Shown piece after piece: positions 1 through 14,779 of a stretch of DNA of 64,000 nt. Positions within the stretch are counted from its first letter, which is position 1. Each line of letters begins with the position of its first letter. The notes beneath the pieces are model-generated. The model was not told where the DNA came from. It searched no databases and saw only the letters and a list, made by a program, of their open reading frames with translations. A program made the position numbers and the translations under genes. The stretch lies in contig OZ024752.1 of the NCBI GenBank assembly GCA_964016885.1, positions 24,676,001 through 24,740,000 of the forward strand, in the 5' to 3' direction. Source of the DNA: Eledone cirrhosa (taxonomy: Eukaryota).

Positions 1-1636
1 AATAAGTAAGGCAATCAAAGATATGAAGATAGACAAGGCAGCTGGGCCTTCGGAGATAGTTGCTGAGATTTTGAAGGCATCTGGAATGGTGGGACATACT
101 ATGGTCACACGTATAGTTAACCAAGTAATACAGAATGGGGTCATACCAGATGACTAGCGTAGCAGCAGCATCACCATTAATTGCTACAAGGGTAAAGGGG
201 ATGCTCTAGATAGGGGAAACTATAGAGGCATTAAGTTAGTTGACCAGGTCATGAAGGTCACAGAAAGAGTTATAGCGCAACTAATGAGAGAGCGAATTGA
301 TCTAGATGAAATGCAGTTTGGGTTTGTGTCAGGTAAAAGTACCACAGTCACTCTTTTCCTTGTACGACAACTACAGGAGAAGTACCTAGCTAAAAGTAAA
401 CCCCTCTACTTAGCTTCTGTAGACCTGGAGAAAGCCTTTGACAGAGTCGCCCACTCCATTATCTGATGGGCTCTTAGAAAACTAGGTGTAGATGAATGGC
501 TTGTGAGAGTTATACAAGCTATGTATAAAGAAACAGTCAGTAAGGTTAGAATTAACAATGAATATTGTGAAGAATTTAGTGTAAAAGTTCTATTTATTAT
601 TGCCCTTCAGGCTATAACAGAGGAGTTCAAGACCGGTTGCCCATGGGAACTCTTATACGCAGATGATCTAACTCTCATAGCTGAATCGATGGCTGAACTA
701 GAGAAAAAATTCCAAACATGGAAGCATGGCCTAGAATCAAAAGGCCTTAAAGTTAACTTGTCTAAGACTAAAGTTCTAGTTTGTAGAAATGAAAATAGGG
801 CACAGGTGCCCTCAGGGAGATGGCCATGCTCAGTGTGTAGGAAAGGAGTAGGCAGAAATTCCATTTTATGTGCCAAATGCAAATTATGGGTACATAAAAG
901 ATGTAGTGGGATCACAGGTAAACTATCTAAGAACGTAGACTTTATATGTGGCCGATGCGCAGGTGCAACAAGTAGCAAGTGTCCACAGGATACTAGCTCC
1001 TTCTATTGCCCAGATGGTTCTATAGAAATAGTAGACACTTTCCATTACCTGGGTGACAAAATCAGCAGTGGTTGAGGGTGTTCTGAAAGTACAGTAGCCA
1101 GAGTCAGAACGGGATGGAAAAAGTTCAGAGAGCTTATACCACTGTTGGCCACAAAAGGTTTCTCTCTAAAAATGAAAGGCAGGCTGTATGATGCCTGCAT
1201 ACGAACAGCAATGCCACATGGCAGTGAGACATAGGCATTACGTGCAGAGTACCTGCGCAGACTGGAAAGGAACGAAGCATGCATGCTCCGCTGGATGTGT
1301 AATAGTAATATACGTGAACGGCAAAGCATAAATGAACTAAGTGAGAAATTAGGAATAAGAGGGATCAGATGTTGTTTACTTGAGAGAAAACTACGTTGGA
1401 ATGGCTACGTGATGCACATGAAAGATGACAGCTGTATAAAAATGTGCAAGGCGATCAAAATAGATGGTAGTTACGGAGTAGGTAGACCCAGAAAAACCTG
1501 GGACGATCTGATAAATTCCGACCTTACACACTTGCACCTCTCTAAGACAATGTCACTGGACCGAGATCTTTGGTGCTCTGCAGTAATACAGAAGACCCGC
1601 TTTGCCTATTTACAAAGTGAAACCTACAGTCAGTAG
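1..1636 (+). pseudogene. Decayed RTE-like LINE reverse transcriptase ORF with an internal Cys-rich (PHD-like) insert
   Basis: ORF pieces 251-466 (QFGFVSGKST, VDLEKAFDRV), 503-1075 (LLYADD; CSVC..CAKC..HKRC..CGRC) and 1283-1636 (LRWNG..GRPRKTW), broken by in-frame stops. The element runs off the window start. Confidence 0.9.
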
Positions 1637-2022
1637 GCACCTCTTAACCAAATATACACCCCAATCTACTACCCCTACCCTATCCTCCCACTCCCACCAA
1701 CACCACCCTCTCTCTGAAAAATTGGTACCACAACATCCTGTCCACATAAATGAGATAATGAGATCGAGATTGTGTAGGTGTCACAACAAAAAACACACAG
1801 TCCACGCTGTAATGTGGCCATGTAGGTAACACGGTAAAAAGTTCCTAGTTCCACACTGTAAATGTGGTTGGTGTTAGGAAGGGCATCCAGCCGTAGAAAA
1901 CCTGCCAGATAGTCCTATATGAGTGAGACATGGTCACCTGACCAACCTTGCCTCAAGTGGGACAACTCCCGTCTAGCCCATGCTAGCATGAAAGATGGAC
2001 GTTAAACGAAGATGATGATGAT
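1637..2022 (+). mobile_element. 3' UTR and (GAT)n tail of the RTE-like element
   Basis: Ends GTTAAACGAAGATGATGATGAT. A homologous copy with the same tail lies at 3751-4222. Confidence 0.7.
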
Positions 2023-2182
2023 ACATATATATATATCAGGCTAAATAATTTCTTTTATTTCTTTAGTCAAAATACGGCGATAGCTTACATTTCAAAATAA
2101 TTTCAAACCCACTCACTGTTTCGAAAATATTCTTACTTGAATATATATATACATATATATATATATACATATATATATGTAC

Positions 2183-2231
<49 letters not shown>

Positions 2232-2419
2232 TATATTTATATATACATATATACATACATATATGCATATATGTATGATGGCTGGCCCCTCGTTATCGAG
2301 TATGGTCATTGCACGAGAAAAAAAACAAAAAAAAACAATAATAACAACAATAATAATATACACATACATATATATACACACACACACACACATAAACATA
2401 TCTACACACACACGATAGC

Positions 2420-5400
2420 AATTAACAGCGCTGCGATCGAATGTGGCTTTTTAGCCCAGCCAATGATCTAAAATGTCTTGCCCAGAGTTGGCAACCAAAA
2501 CATTTACTGGGAATAGCCGGCTGTGGTTGGAGTTCATGTACTTTTGCATGTCGTTTGAGCCCTCCTGCTGATTTACATTCTCTACCACATGCTTGGCAAG
2601 CATGATGAGTAGCATCTCCAACAGCAGCCTGGTAGTCAACCACTGGTCTTACTTTATGACTGCGAAGATGACTTTCGAGTCCAGCTTTGCTTAGGCAGAG
2701 TCTCGCACAGATACTGCATGTCAGCTCCATAGAAGGACCTTTACTGTCTGGAAATGCAACAGCAATGCCTTTCTCACATCCCTCTTTACTTTCTCGTATG
2801 TGATTCGAGATGCCTCAAAGGCAACTTTCCCCTTATATATAGTCTTTCTCCATTTATTACAATCAGCAGCAACATTTTCCCATGTATCAGCAGAGATGTA
2901 AGCGTCTTTCAAAGAGGCTTTCTACGAATCCTTATACCTCTTTTTGGGTTTATGTGGAGGTCGTTTTCTTTTAACTAACTCTCCATAAAAGAGTTGTTTT
3001 GGTATTCTAGAATCCTTCATCCTGGCAAGGTGACCACTCCAACGGAGTCTTTGCTTAAGCACAAGAGCTTCTATACTGTCACACAGAGAGCTTTCCAAAA
3101 TTTTGACATCACTGATGTGGTCCCTCCAGTGAATGCCATGCATCTGTCTGAGACACATCTGATGAAAATGCTCCAATTGTTTAAGGTGGTGTCGATATGT
3201 GACCCAAGTCTTGCAGGCATAAAGAAGAGAAGAGAACACACATGCCTTGTATACCTTTACCTTTGTCTTCTTGCATATGTCTCGCCGACCGCAGAGTCGC
3301 CTTTCTAGCTTTCCGAAAGCATCACTTGCTTTCCTAATCCTGAGTGGAATTTCATTATCAAGGTTGCTGTATCGATTGACAGTGCTTCCCAGTAGACAAA
3401 CTGATCAACCACTCCAAGTCGTTTACCATACACATAGATATTTGGCTCACTGTACTGCTTACCAGGAGCAGGTTGGTACATGACGACGGTTTTCTTGGGA
3501 CTGACAGTCAATCCTAGGGCAGTGCAAGTATCAGAAAATACATTTAAAATGTGCTGCATATCAATCTCAGTGTGCTACAAGATTGCAATCATCTGCATAC
3601 AAGAGGTCTCTTATGATTGATGTAAATACTATTGTTTTTGCAGCAAAGCACCTGATGTTAAATATGCTGCCAGAGGTTTGACAGTAAATCTAAACACCAT
3701 GCTCACAATTCTTGAATGCAATATAGAAAACCATTGCAAAGTATATGGCACACACTTACACCTCTCCAAAACAATGTCACTGGACCGAGATCTTTGGCAC
3801 TACACAGTAATACAGAAGACCCGCCTTACCTAAGTACAAAGTGAAACCTACTACAGTCAGTAGGCACCTCTAACAAAATACACAACCGTCCCACTACCCC
3901 CACCCCATCCACACTACCCCTTTTAATGTAAAGTTATGTTGGTACCACAACATCAAGTCCGAAACAAATGAGGTTGTGTAGGTGTCACGACAAAAAAACA
4001 CACAGTCCACGCCGTAATGTGGCCGTGTAGGTAATACGGTAAAACCCTCCCAGTCCACACTGTAAACGTGGTTGGTGTTAGGAAGGGCATCCAGCCATAG
4101 AAAACCCGCCAGACAGTCCTATGCGAGCAAGACAACCACTCTTGCCTTAAGTGGGAAAACTCCCGTCCAAACCCATGCAAGCGTGGAAGATGCACGTTAA
4201 ACGATGATGATGATGATGATGATGGCAAACAGAGTCGGAGCTGGATTATACCCCTGTTTCACTCCATTTTTTACTGAGATAGGCTCTGACATGTTACCTC
4301 TGAAATTAACCCAAGTTTTCATGTTGTCATGGAAAGACCTGACCAAAGCAAGGAACTTATCAGGGCAACCAAGTTTCTGGAGAACCTTTCACAATGCATT
4401 CCTGTTAACAGTATCAAAAGATTTTTGTCAGATCGACAAAAACATGATACAGATCCAAACCTTTTTCCATGCACTTCTGGAGCTATCTAGCTGAGAAGAT
4501 CATATCAGTAGTGCTGTGTCCAGCACAAAAACCAGATTGACTTTCAGGAACAACACAATCTGCAATTTGTGTCTGCAGGCAACCCAGAAGCACCCTACAT
4601 AAAATGTTTCCTACAACAGAAAGCAATGATATACACCCATAGTTTCCACAATCATTCTTGTTAGCCTTTCCCTTGTACAAGACAACCATTACTGCATCTC
4701 TCCAGTCCTCAGGTACGGATTCACTAGCCCATATTCTGCCAAACAAAGGGTGAAGAAGTCACAGAAGTCTCTCACCACCATATAGTAAGAGCTCTGCATG
4801 TATGCCATCCATACCTGGAGACCTTCCACTGTTCAGCCTCTAGATAGCTACTGCAACCTCCACAAGCATCAGTGGTTCTCCGAGAGCTACTTTCACAGGT
4901 TTTTCAAGAATGAGATTGAGGAAATCTTCCAAAAGATGCCATTCTTTAGATGCAGGATGTATCAATGTAGTCTTAAATTTGTTCTTTTCTTGAACATGGT
5001 GATGGTAACACAGATCCAGCTCCTCACATATCTGCAGTAGGAGCATACCATTGGTGTTACACTTTCCCACCCCATGCCCTCTGATTACATTCCGTCTGTT
5101 AAAACCCCTACCCACTCTAGCATTAAAGTCACCAAGCACGATGACCTTGTCTGCCTGAGGGATATTTCTTAAAACCTTTCATGGTAGAAAGACACTTTTT
5201 CTTCATCAACAGAATTTATAGTTGGAGCATACACACTCCCCAGGGTCGCATATCTTCCTTTGTCCAGCGGAATCCTCATGGACATAAGACGCTCACTAAT
5301 CCCCAGTGGAAATTCTTCCAATTTATCCACAAGAGCGGTCTTACAGCAAATGCTACCCCAGCCTCTCTTCTGGTTCCTTCATCTCTTCCTTTCCAGAAGA

Positions 5401-5585
5401 ATGTATATTTTCCACAAATTCTGTAAGAGGACCATCTCGAGCTAACCTTGTCTCGGATAAAGCCACAATGTGGAGATCGTAACGACGAAGATCCTTTGCA
5501 ACAAGTGCAGTCCTTCGTTCAGGACATTCGGAGGAATCCCTGTCAAGCATTGTCCGTATGTTCCAACAGCCAATATTAAATGCTT
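2420..5585 (-). pseudogene. Near full-length decayed RTE/BovB-type LINE (APE endonuclease, RT, C-terminal C2H2 motifs)
   Basis: IGCWNIRT..VALSETRL and LGDFNARVG (APE); PEDWRDA..KGK..NY and ESQSGF (RT); RLRWSGHLARM..RIPKQLFYGEL; CSIC..LESHLRSH. Many stops and frameshifts. Confidence 0.9.
3751..4222 (+). mobile_element. 5'-truncated copy of the 3' end of the first RTE family, inserted into the BovB-type LINE
   Basis: Similar to about 1527-2022, with a (GAT)n tail. ATGGCA flanks both sides as a probable TSD, and removing the insert restores the host frame PTLFAIYFAM. Confidence 0.8.
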
Positions 5586-5999
5586 TGTTTGTTTCATATA
5601 TATAGCACATATGTATGCATATGTACATACATACTCACATATATAAATGTCTATACACACACACATATATGTGTATATATATATATAGTGAACTCATACA
5701 TCCTATTATGTGTTCAATTCTCAGCTAGGGAGGTACATTGTGTCCTTCAGCAAGACACATCATTCCACATGTCTCTAATCTCCACAGCTGAAAAAAACAA
5801 GTAGCAGAATTAGTTGGATGTTTAGCATGGGTTGGATCTCTGCCTCCAACCTTTTGACTGCGGCCACAAACCCAGGCTTCACTGCCTGTAATAGAGAGAA
5901 GAGGAAGATAGGGAGGGGCTGAGTCACAGCTCAGACAGGAGTATAGTGTGTGTCCCTCTCCCTCTCCCATTAGGTGGATTACCAGTATGAGTTGAGTCA

Positions 6000-6132
6000 C
6001 GCCTCTTTACGGTCTGAGTTCAAATCCTGCCCAGGTTAACTTTGCCTTTCATCCTTATGGGGTCGATAAAATAAGGTACCAGTAATGCACTGTGATAATT
6101 GCTGGCCTTGTGCCAAAAATAGAAACAATTAT
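6000..6132 (+). mobile_element. SINE fragment (family with GAGTTCAAATCC..TTTGCCTTTCATCC..GGGGTCGATAAAATAA)
   Basis: B-box-like GAGTTCAAATCC and a conserved body shared with 35598-35780 and 54081-54270. Confidence 0.75.
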
Positions 6133-7029
6133 TTTAGTTGCTTCATTCATTTTCATTTTTCGTTATTTACATTTCTAGTTTATTACTTTTAATAATGTGT
6201 TTTGTTTTAATATAAACAGTTATATAATATTAATAATATTTATACAAATCTGAATAAATTACTAACATATCGATTGAACGTGTGAATTAACATAAGGGAA
6301 GTTGTTTCTGAATGTATTAAATTATGTAGGGGACTTTTAAGTCATGGCACCGGTGTCAACTAGACAGTGAAAAATAACCATTTATATCAGCTCCATTGTT
6401 ACAACTTAAACCTCATCTAATTTTATCTTTTATGGTGATTATTTCATATTAAGGTGGACGTTAATGTTTGTAAATAACATAAGGTGACTTATTTACCTTA
6501 TAGTTGTTGTTTTATCTCCTGTATTATTAAATATTGAAGTGGTTGTTCAACATTTTACAGGACAGAAATATTTCGTTTTCCACCACAACACAAACATTGT
6601 GAACTTTTCTATCTGAAGTGAAATATCTTGATTTATTACAACTCGTACACACACACGTCTATTTATTTCTCTCTCTCATACCTACACACTGTATGTCTGT
6701 ATATATATATGTATATATATATTAACCTTCATCTTTTAAAATGATGGATATTAATTCTCTTGTCACCTGAACTGTCCTCAATAACAAGAACCTTAAATTA
6801 CGAAGGCTGATTCGTCTGTTTTATGAGCTGAGGGTGTTATTGTGAATAGAGCTTCTCTCATTTAACAAAAATTAAAAAAATATATATACACACACACACA
6901 CATATATAAATATATAAGCACTTGCTTTTTCTCTTCCAAGATCAGTCTTACGCTGTCACATCTTATTTCTTTACCAACTGAATGCTACATTTCTTAATAT
7001 ATGAGTGGAAGTGGTGAGATTCCTTTATG

Positions 7030-7689
7030 AAATATGTCTTAATATAGCTGTGAGATTTGCAAGAAAACTTTCTCTTTAAAACTGAAACTATACACACTAG
7101 AGAAAAACCCTTCCACTGTGAAATATGTGGTAAATCTTTCACTAATAATTCTATTCTTGTCATCCACATACAGAGTCACACTGGAGAAAAACCCTTCCAC
7201 TGTGAAATATGTGGTAAATCCTTTTCTCATAGTTCTCATCTTCGTCACAAAAGTACACACACAGGAAAAAAACCTTATTCATGTAAAATATGTGGGAAAT
7301 CTTTTTCTCAGATTTATGAACTTGAACCTCACAAAAGAACACACACTGCAGAAAAACCCCTCCACTGTGAAATATGTGGGAAATCTGTCACTAATAATTC
7401 TGCTCTTGTCGTCCACATACGGAGTCACACTGGAGAAAAACCCTTCCATTGTGAAATATGTGGGAAATATTTCACCCAGAAGTACAGTCTTGTAAAGCAC
7501 AAAAGAAAGCACACAGGAGAAAACCTTTCCACTGAAATATGTGGGAAATCTTTTTCTCAGAGTTCTCAACTTGAACATCACAAAATAATACACACTGGTG
7601 AAAAACCTTATTCATGTGAAATTTGTGGTAAATCTTTCACTCTTCATTCGGCACTGGTTGTTCACCTTCGTAGTCAACACTTACGGTAA
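7030..7689 (+). pseudogene. C2H2 zinc-finger array, paralogue A1, degraded
   Basis: Repeated CEICGKSF..H...H TGEKP units. The first finger is frameshifted and stopped, and two internal fingers are damaged. Confidence 0.85.
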
Positions 7690-10600
7690 ACCCTATCACT
7701 GAAATATGAAAAACACAAATATATAGACATACTGGAAGTCAGAATACAAAATGTGAAGCTTGAGAAATCTTATATATCTTAACATATATGTTGTGATTGT
7801 GTGTGTATATATATATATATATATTATTATTTTTATTTTTTAATACATTACTCAAAGGGAAAAAATATACTGACATATATCAAAGATTACCACAATAACT
7901 AGGGAGCAGAGGACAAGATATGCTGGACATTGCTACTGAGGGTAGGATGACCTGATGAGCTGTCACCTGTGGTGGGTACCTAAACAAAGTAAGACCCTAG
8001 TGGGATGACTGAGATTGACCTACATAGATCAGATGTCTCAGGATGTCCAGCTGGAGATTAATGATCTCAGGAATGCCATGGAAGATCGAGACATCTAAAA
8101 AAGAGTAGAATTGTTCTGGCCAATCCACCTGACCTAATAAATCTAAACTATAATAAAATAAGGAGCACGGGATTGTGTACGGTTTATAATTTTTGTTATC
8201 CCATTAGCAAAATAAGTTGCATTACTTTGAATAAATAATGAATGAATATTACATAATTTATCTACTAGATTTCGTGGCTGTTGATTAAATATATTTTGTT
8301 TATTTAAAGATTCACTTCTTTAAAATTTCGGAAATGTCAACACTTCCGGTTGGCCATCGCTTAAATAAACATTCATATATTTCCGTCACTAATTTTCTCC
8401 TAATGCAGTTTATATATAATATTGTCTTTTTTAATGTATCATGGATTACGTTACTGATTAAATAAGAGAGTGTAACGCAGTCTTCGTTCAATTTCTATGT
8501 ACTATATATTGTCAATTACGATTTTATTTGATGTATCATATCTACATGTATATATACCTGCGTATAATATCAATATGCACACTACACATGCTAGCAGAAA
8601 ATAATAATAATGTTAATATATATTGATGAACATTTATCATGGTGAAATATGTTGGAAATCATTCTCAGAGGTTTTGTATTGTAATTAACAAATACACCCT
8701 GTAGAAAGTACCCCTTCATATTATTTGTCATTAAGAACTATTACAGAGACACAATCTCATTTCATTGGTGGGGGTGGTGGATTTGCAGAATCAGTAGAAT
8801 GTCAGACAATATGCTTTGTGTCATAAAGTTACAGCCCTATTTTTTCTGGGTTTAAATCATGCCATGGTCAACTTTGACTTTCATCCATTCAAGGTTGATA
8901 AAAAAACTAACAGTAATGCACTGGGCCTGATTTAATTGGCATTCCCCTTTCTCTTCAAATTGCTGGCTTTGAGTCAAAAGTAGAAACATTTATTTAAAGT
9001 CTATAAAACAATAGAAAGAATGCTTTCTGCCATATTTATCCTGGTTCTCTGCTGAGGTGCACTTTCTTTCGTCCATTCAAGGTTGATAAAAAAACAATAC
9101 CAGTCTATCACTGGGGTCTGTTCTTCCTCTCTATATTTCTAAATCTCACTTCCTCCCTCTTATTCTCTCTCCTCTGGAAGAAATCAACTGTTCAAACCTG
9201 GAGAGTGAAGGGCTCCACCAAGCTTCAAATGTCCACAGTGACACCCTTATGACAACATCATTTAAAAAAAAAACATTGATGTGTTTATTTTGTAAACCTC
9301 AACTGGTTTATATTTATATTTATGACAAAATATCCACATGTGCAAATAAAAAAAAATTGCATAACTTTAATATTTGTTAGATGGTACTTTCATGACAGTT
9401 GAAATTTTGACTTTTTAAAAAAATAATTCACATTTGAAAATACTTTACAACTTTCTTCTCTTTTTCTTCATCCATTTATTTCTGAGAGAGTTGTAGGGGG
9501 TAGAGTCCTCACACACCCCTTCTAGGTCCTATGTGTGTAAAATTTCCTCTTTACACTACACATCACCCTACACACACCACATCATGCCACACCACAAAAC
9601 ACAACATACCACACCATAACAGACACATACAAACCAGGTAGTTATACCAACCCAGTTTCTTGATTTTAGTGGGTTTTTTTGTAACAAATCTCAACATCTC
9701 AGTTCTTACTTACCAAGTGGAGTGGAACTCATCACAATTGGACCAAGGAAACAATGTTTCCATTGGTCTTTCCAATTGATGATATTGAATCGGATTAGAA
9801 AGAAAGAAAAAAAAATAGAGAATATATTTATTTAAAATCCATTGACTTGCATCTTCGGTTAAGAAGGCCATTGGAGCATCACTCACAGAAGCTAATACAG
9901 CAGCCAGCTTGGCAGCCGATATAGGTAGCACCAACAATTATCACTACCATTAACAAGAGGAAGGCAGCGACAGCAGCGGTGACATAACAACAACAACGTG
10001 TATACAACATCTTACCAGCAAATACTACCATTAACAAGAGGAAGCCAACTCCAGCATCAGTGACAATAATAACAATACATATGTTTTCAGGATTGAAAGA
10101 CTCACCTTTAGCCACAAGGTTCTATGAGAAACTGCTAAGTTGCTGAACTCTGGGTCATTCCGCTGGGAACAACCCCCTGTTTTCTTTTTTGTACATTGAT
10201 CCATTCATTTATTTTCTAACATTCTACCTTCTTGTGTGTCCCCCTCCATGCACCCCCTTCTTTTCTCTCTTGTCTTCTGATGCCTCCATATCTGATGTAG
10301 GTGAGCTATGAGGCCCTCTTATCAGCATTTTCCCTTCTACCCACACAGTTGTGCCTAGCACCTAGGCTGGTGACAACCAGCCTCTCACCCCTGATGCCGC
10401 TTGGTGCCCCAATCCTCCATCCCCTGCAGCACTACGAATAGACGGGAGAGGGGCTGGAACTGATGGGGTGCGGCTGCTTCCACCACCTCACCTGTGTTGG
10501 CTTGACGCGTCAAACCTCCAGTGCCCTCGCAGCGTGGAGAAGCTGAAACTGTCTCTTCGCCTCATCTGCCCAGCCACGGACGTCTAGCACACCACCAGGT

Positions 10601-11346
10601 GAGACAACGACCTTGCCTGACACCCAAGCCTCGCTGGTCAACATCACTTGGCTTAGGCGGCGGCGAAAGACCCCACTCAGGATCCCGAGAGCAACCCGGG
10701 TGCCGGTACCCGATGCCCTCGCTTCCTCTTTTATGATGATTATTTCATATTAAGGTGAACGTTAATGTTTATAAATAACATCAGGTGACTTATTTACCTT
10801 ATAGTTGTTGTTTTCTCACCTGTATTATTAAATATTGAAGTGGTTGTTCAACATTTTACGGGACAGGAAAATGTCTTTTTAATCATAATTAGTTTTTACT
10901 AAATTTTCTTGACTTAATATTTGGTCTTGAAAACCAAAGTACGTATTATTTCGTTTTCTATCATAGCACATATTGTGAACTTTTCTATCTGAAGTGAAAT
11001 ATCTTGATTTATTACAACACTTACACACATATTTCTACACACACACACCTCTCTATTACCCCCACCCCCTCACTCACTCTGATTGAATTATATAATATAC
11101 GCTTGAATTTTCTTCAGCGAAAATCAGTCTTGGGCTGTCATATATCTTATTACTTGTACCAACTAAATGCTACATTACAACTTTGTAGAAGAAGAAAGCG
11201 GAGTTCTGCAGTCTTTTATGGACCCTTCACAGCATATATTGACAATATCTACATTTCTACACAGCATATATTAACAATATCTACATTTCTTAATATATAA
11301 GTAAAAGTGGTGAGAATCCTTTATGTAAAGATCACTAGCTAGAAAT

Positions 11347-12078
11347 ATGTCTGAATATAGCTGTGAGATTTGCAGAAAAACTTTCCCTTCAAAACTGAAT
11401 CTAACCTCACACGAAAAAATACACACTGGAGAAAAACCTTTCCAGTGTGAAATATGTGGGAAATCTTTCACTGATAATTCTAAACTGGTCATCCACATGC
11501 AAAGTCACCACTGTGAAATAAGTAGGAAATGTCTTTCTCAGAAGACCTATCTTGGAGTTCACAAAACAACACACACTGGTGAAAAACCCTTCCAATGTGA
11601 AATATGTGGAAAATCTTTTTTGTAAAACACAAAGGAATACACACAGGGGAAAAAACTTTTTCATGTGAAATATGAGGGAAATCTTTCTGTCAGAAGGTCC
11701 ATCTTGGAGATCACAAAAGAATACACACAGGAGATAAACCTTATTCATGTGAAATAGGTGGTAAATCTTTATCTCGTGGTTCTCACCTTGTAGAACACAA
11801 AAGAATACACACTGGAGAAAAACCCTTCCACTGTAAAATATGTGGGGAATATTTTACTTATAATTCTAATCTTGTCATCCACATGTGGAGTCATACTGGA
11901 GAAAAACCCTACCATTGTGAAATATGAGGGAAATCTTTTGCGTTGAGTGGTGACTTGAAAAGATATATAACAATACACACTGGAGAGAAACCCTTCCACT
12001 GAAATATGTGGCAAATATTGTGTCTTGAAAAGATATAGAACACATAATGGAGAAAAACCTTATTCATGTGAAATATGA
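11347..12078 (+). pseudogene. C2H2 zinc-finger array, paralogue B1, with stops and frameshifts
   Basis: [28 protein letters not shown] followed by a frameshift/stop near 11620. Further fingers contain TGT>TGA lesions. Confidence 0.88.
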
Positions 12079-12125
12079 AATCCTTCTCTTATACATCTCA
12101 ACATATATTATGTGTGTGTGTGTGA

Positions 12126-12468
12126 TTTCATCATCATTTCATTTTACGTCCGCTTCTCCCTGCTTGCAAGGGTGGGACGGGAAGTGATTCTGGCTTTATT
12201 TCTACAGCTGGATGCCCTTCCTAACACCAACCTCATTTACGGTGAGTGCTGGGTGCTTTTTTGCCGTGGCACCTCCATCACAACTTTACAGTGGAATGAT
12301 AGGGACACCAGTCCCTATCATCTCATTTCTACAGCTGAGTAAACTGGAGCAATGTGAAATAAAGTGTCTTGCTCAAGGAAACAACACATCACCCGGTCTG
12401 AGAATTGAACTTACAACCTTTCAATTGCAAGGCCAATGCTCTAACCACTAAGCCATGTGCCTCCATTG
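12126..12468 (-). mobile_element. Composite SINE-like insertion: tRNA-like head plus RTE-type (GAT)n-tailed 3' end
   Basis: The minus strand reads TAGTGGTTAGAGCATTGG..GTAAGTTCAATTC and then a segment similar to 1850-2020. It is absent from the paralogue near 41540. Confidence 0.65.
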
Positions 12469-12517
12469 TATGTATATATATATATATATACAATATATAT
12501 ATATATGTATATATATA

Positions 12518-12715
<198 letters not shown>

Positions 12716-14779
12716 AAAATGCTCGGACCTACTCGTTAGAATCTTAGAGCTTATTTTATGGGTGATATGGCGCATGTGTTTCTGGCATGACACCCATAAT
12801 TTTGATTTAGATTAAATTCATTTGATTTATCTTAATTTTGGATATAGATAGATATATATATATATACCTCACACAAGTGGAAGAAATATACTCCCATATA
12901 TTGAAGATTACCACAATAACTAGGGAGCGAAGGACAATATATGCTGGACATTGCTACTGAGGGTAGGATGCCCTGATGAGCTGGCTCCTGTGGTGGATAC
13001 CTTAACATAGTGGGATGACCGAGATTGACCTACATAGATCAGATGTCTCTGGATGTCCAGCTGGAGATTAATGATCTCAGGAATACCATGGAAGATCGAG
13101 ACATCTAAAAAAGAGTAGAATTGTTCTGGCCAATCCACCTGACCTAATAAATGATAATGATAATAATATATATTAATGAACATTTATTATGGTGAAATAT
13201 GTTAGAAATCATTCTGAGAGGTTTTGTATCCACAAATACATTCTGGAGGAAGTTCTACTTCATATTATTTGTCATTAAGGTTTCTTATAGAGATACATTC
13301 TCATTTCATTGTTGAGGGTGTTGTATTGCCAGAATCAGTAGAGTGTCAGACGATATGCTTTGTGTCATATAGTTACATCCCTTTACATTCTGTATTAAAA
13401 TCTTGCTGAGGTTAGCTTTACTTTTCTTCCTCAGGGGTTCAGTAAAATAAAGTACCAGTAATCCACTGGGGTTGATTTACTCAACTTTCTCCTTCCCTTC
13501 CAAATGCTCGCCTTGAGTTAAAAGTAGAAACAGTTATTTAAAGTCTATAAAACAATGAATGGAATGCTTTCTGCCATATTTGTTCTGGTTCTCTGCTCTG
13601 AGGTCAACTTTGCCTTTCATCCATTCAAGGTTGTTAACAAAAAAGTACCAGTCTACCACAGTGGTACTCCTATGACTTCATCATTTGAACAAAAAACAAT
13701 GTTTATTTTATAAACCTTAACTGGTTTATATTTATATTTGTGACAAAATATCTACATTTATGTTTAAATAAAAACAATTTTATAACTTCAATATTTGTTG
13801 GAGAATATTTGTTCAATATTTGTCATGAGAGTTCAAATTAGGACTTTTAAAAAAAATTAACATTTGAAAATATTTTACAACTTTACCCATTTATTCCTGA
13901 GAGGGTTGTAGGGGGGTAGAGTCCTCACACAACCCTTCTACGTCCTATGTGTATAAAATTTCCTCTCCACACTACATCACTCTGCACACACAGACACACA
14001 CCACATTACTACACCACAATACACACGCCATCCCACACAACGGACACACATCATACCACAACACAACACATCCAAACCAGGTAGCTATACCAACCCAGTA
14101 TCTTGATTTTAGTAAAAAAAAATGTTTGTAACAAATCTCAACATCTCAGATCTTACTTACCAAGTGGAGTGGAACTCATCAGATTGGACCAAGGAAACAA
14201 TGTTTCCATTGGACTTTCCAATTGATGATATAATCTACAATCTACCAGTTGTAACTCCTGGCAGATAGAGGAAGGTGAAATAAAGAGTCTTGCTGAAGGA
14301 CTTAACACTTTACCTAGTCTAGGAATTGAACTCAGAACCTCATGGTTGTCAATCCAACTCTCTTACCACTAAGCTACATGTCTTCCTATGTTTTAGTGAT
14401 AGTGGACAGTGAATGATGATGATGATGGTCATTTTATTTGATAGATTGACCAGTTCATCATCTCAATGGTGAATTATTGCCTTTGTTTTCACAGGGTCCC
14501 TTTAAGTCATGAGTAAAAGGTAATAGAGTATTGGTTAGGGTGTTGGACTCAATGAAAAACTTGTGAGTTCAATTCCTGGGCTTGGCAGCATGTTCTGTCG
14601 TACAATAAAACATTTTATTTCATGTTGCTTCAGTTCAATCAGCTGGAAAAAAATGAGTTGTGACATTCTAGTTCCAAGTTATATCGGCCTTTGACTTTCC
14701 TTTGGACAACATCATATAGTCTATATATATTGTGTGTTCTGAATATATATATATATATATATAGTGATAACATGGTATG

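Noticed and set aside
7039-7593. Antisense and alternate-frame ORFs over ZNF arrays ([13 protein letters not shown] and VKYVGNL repeats), here and at the other ZNF loci
   Set aside because: These are shadow frames produced by the 84-bp finger periodicity.
12380-12460. tRNA-like sequence on the minus strand
   Set aside because: A/B-box-like motifs are present, but there is no full cloverleaf and the sequence continues into a SINE body. It is treated as a SINE head.
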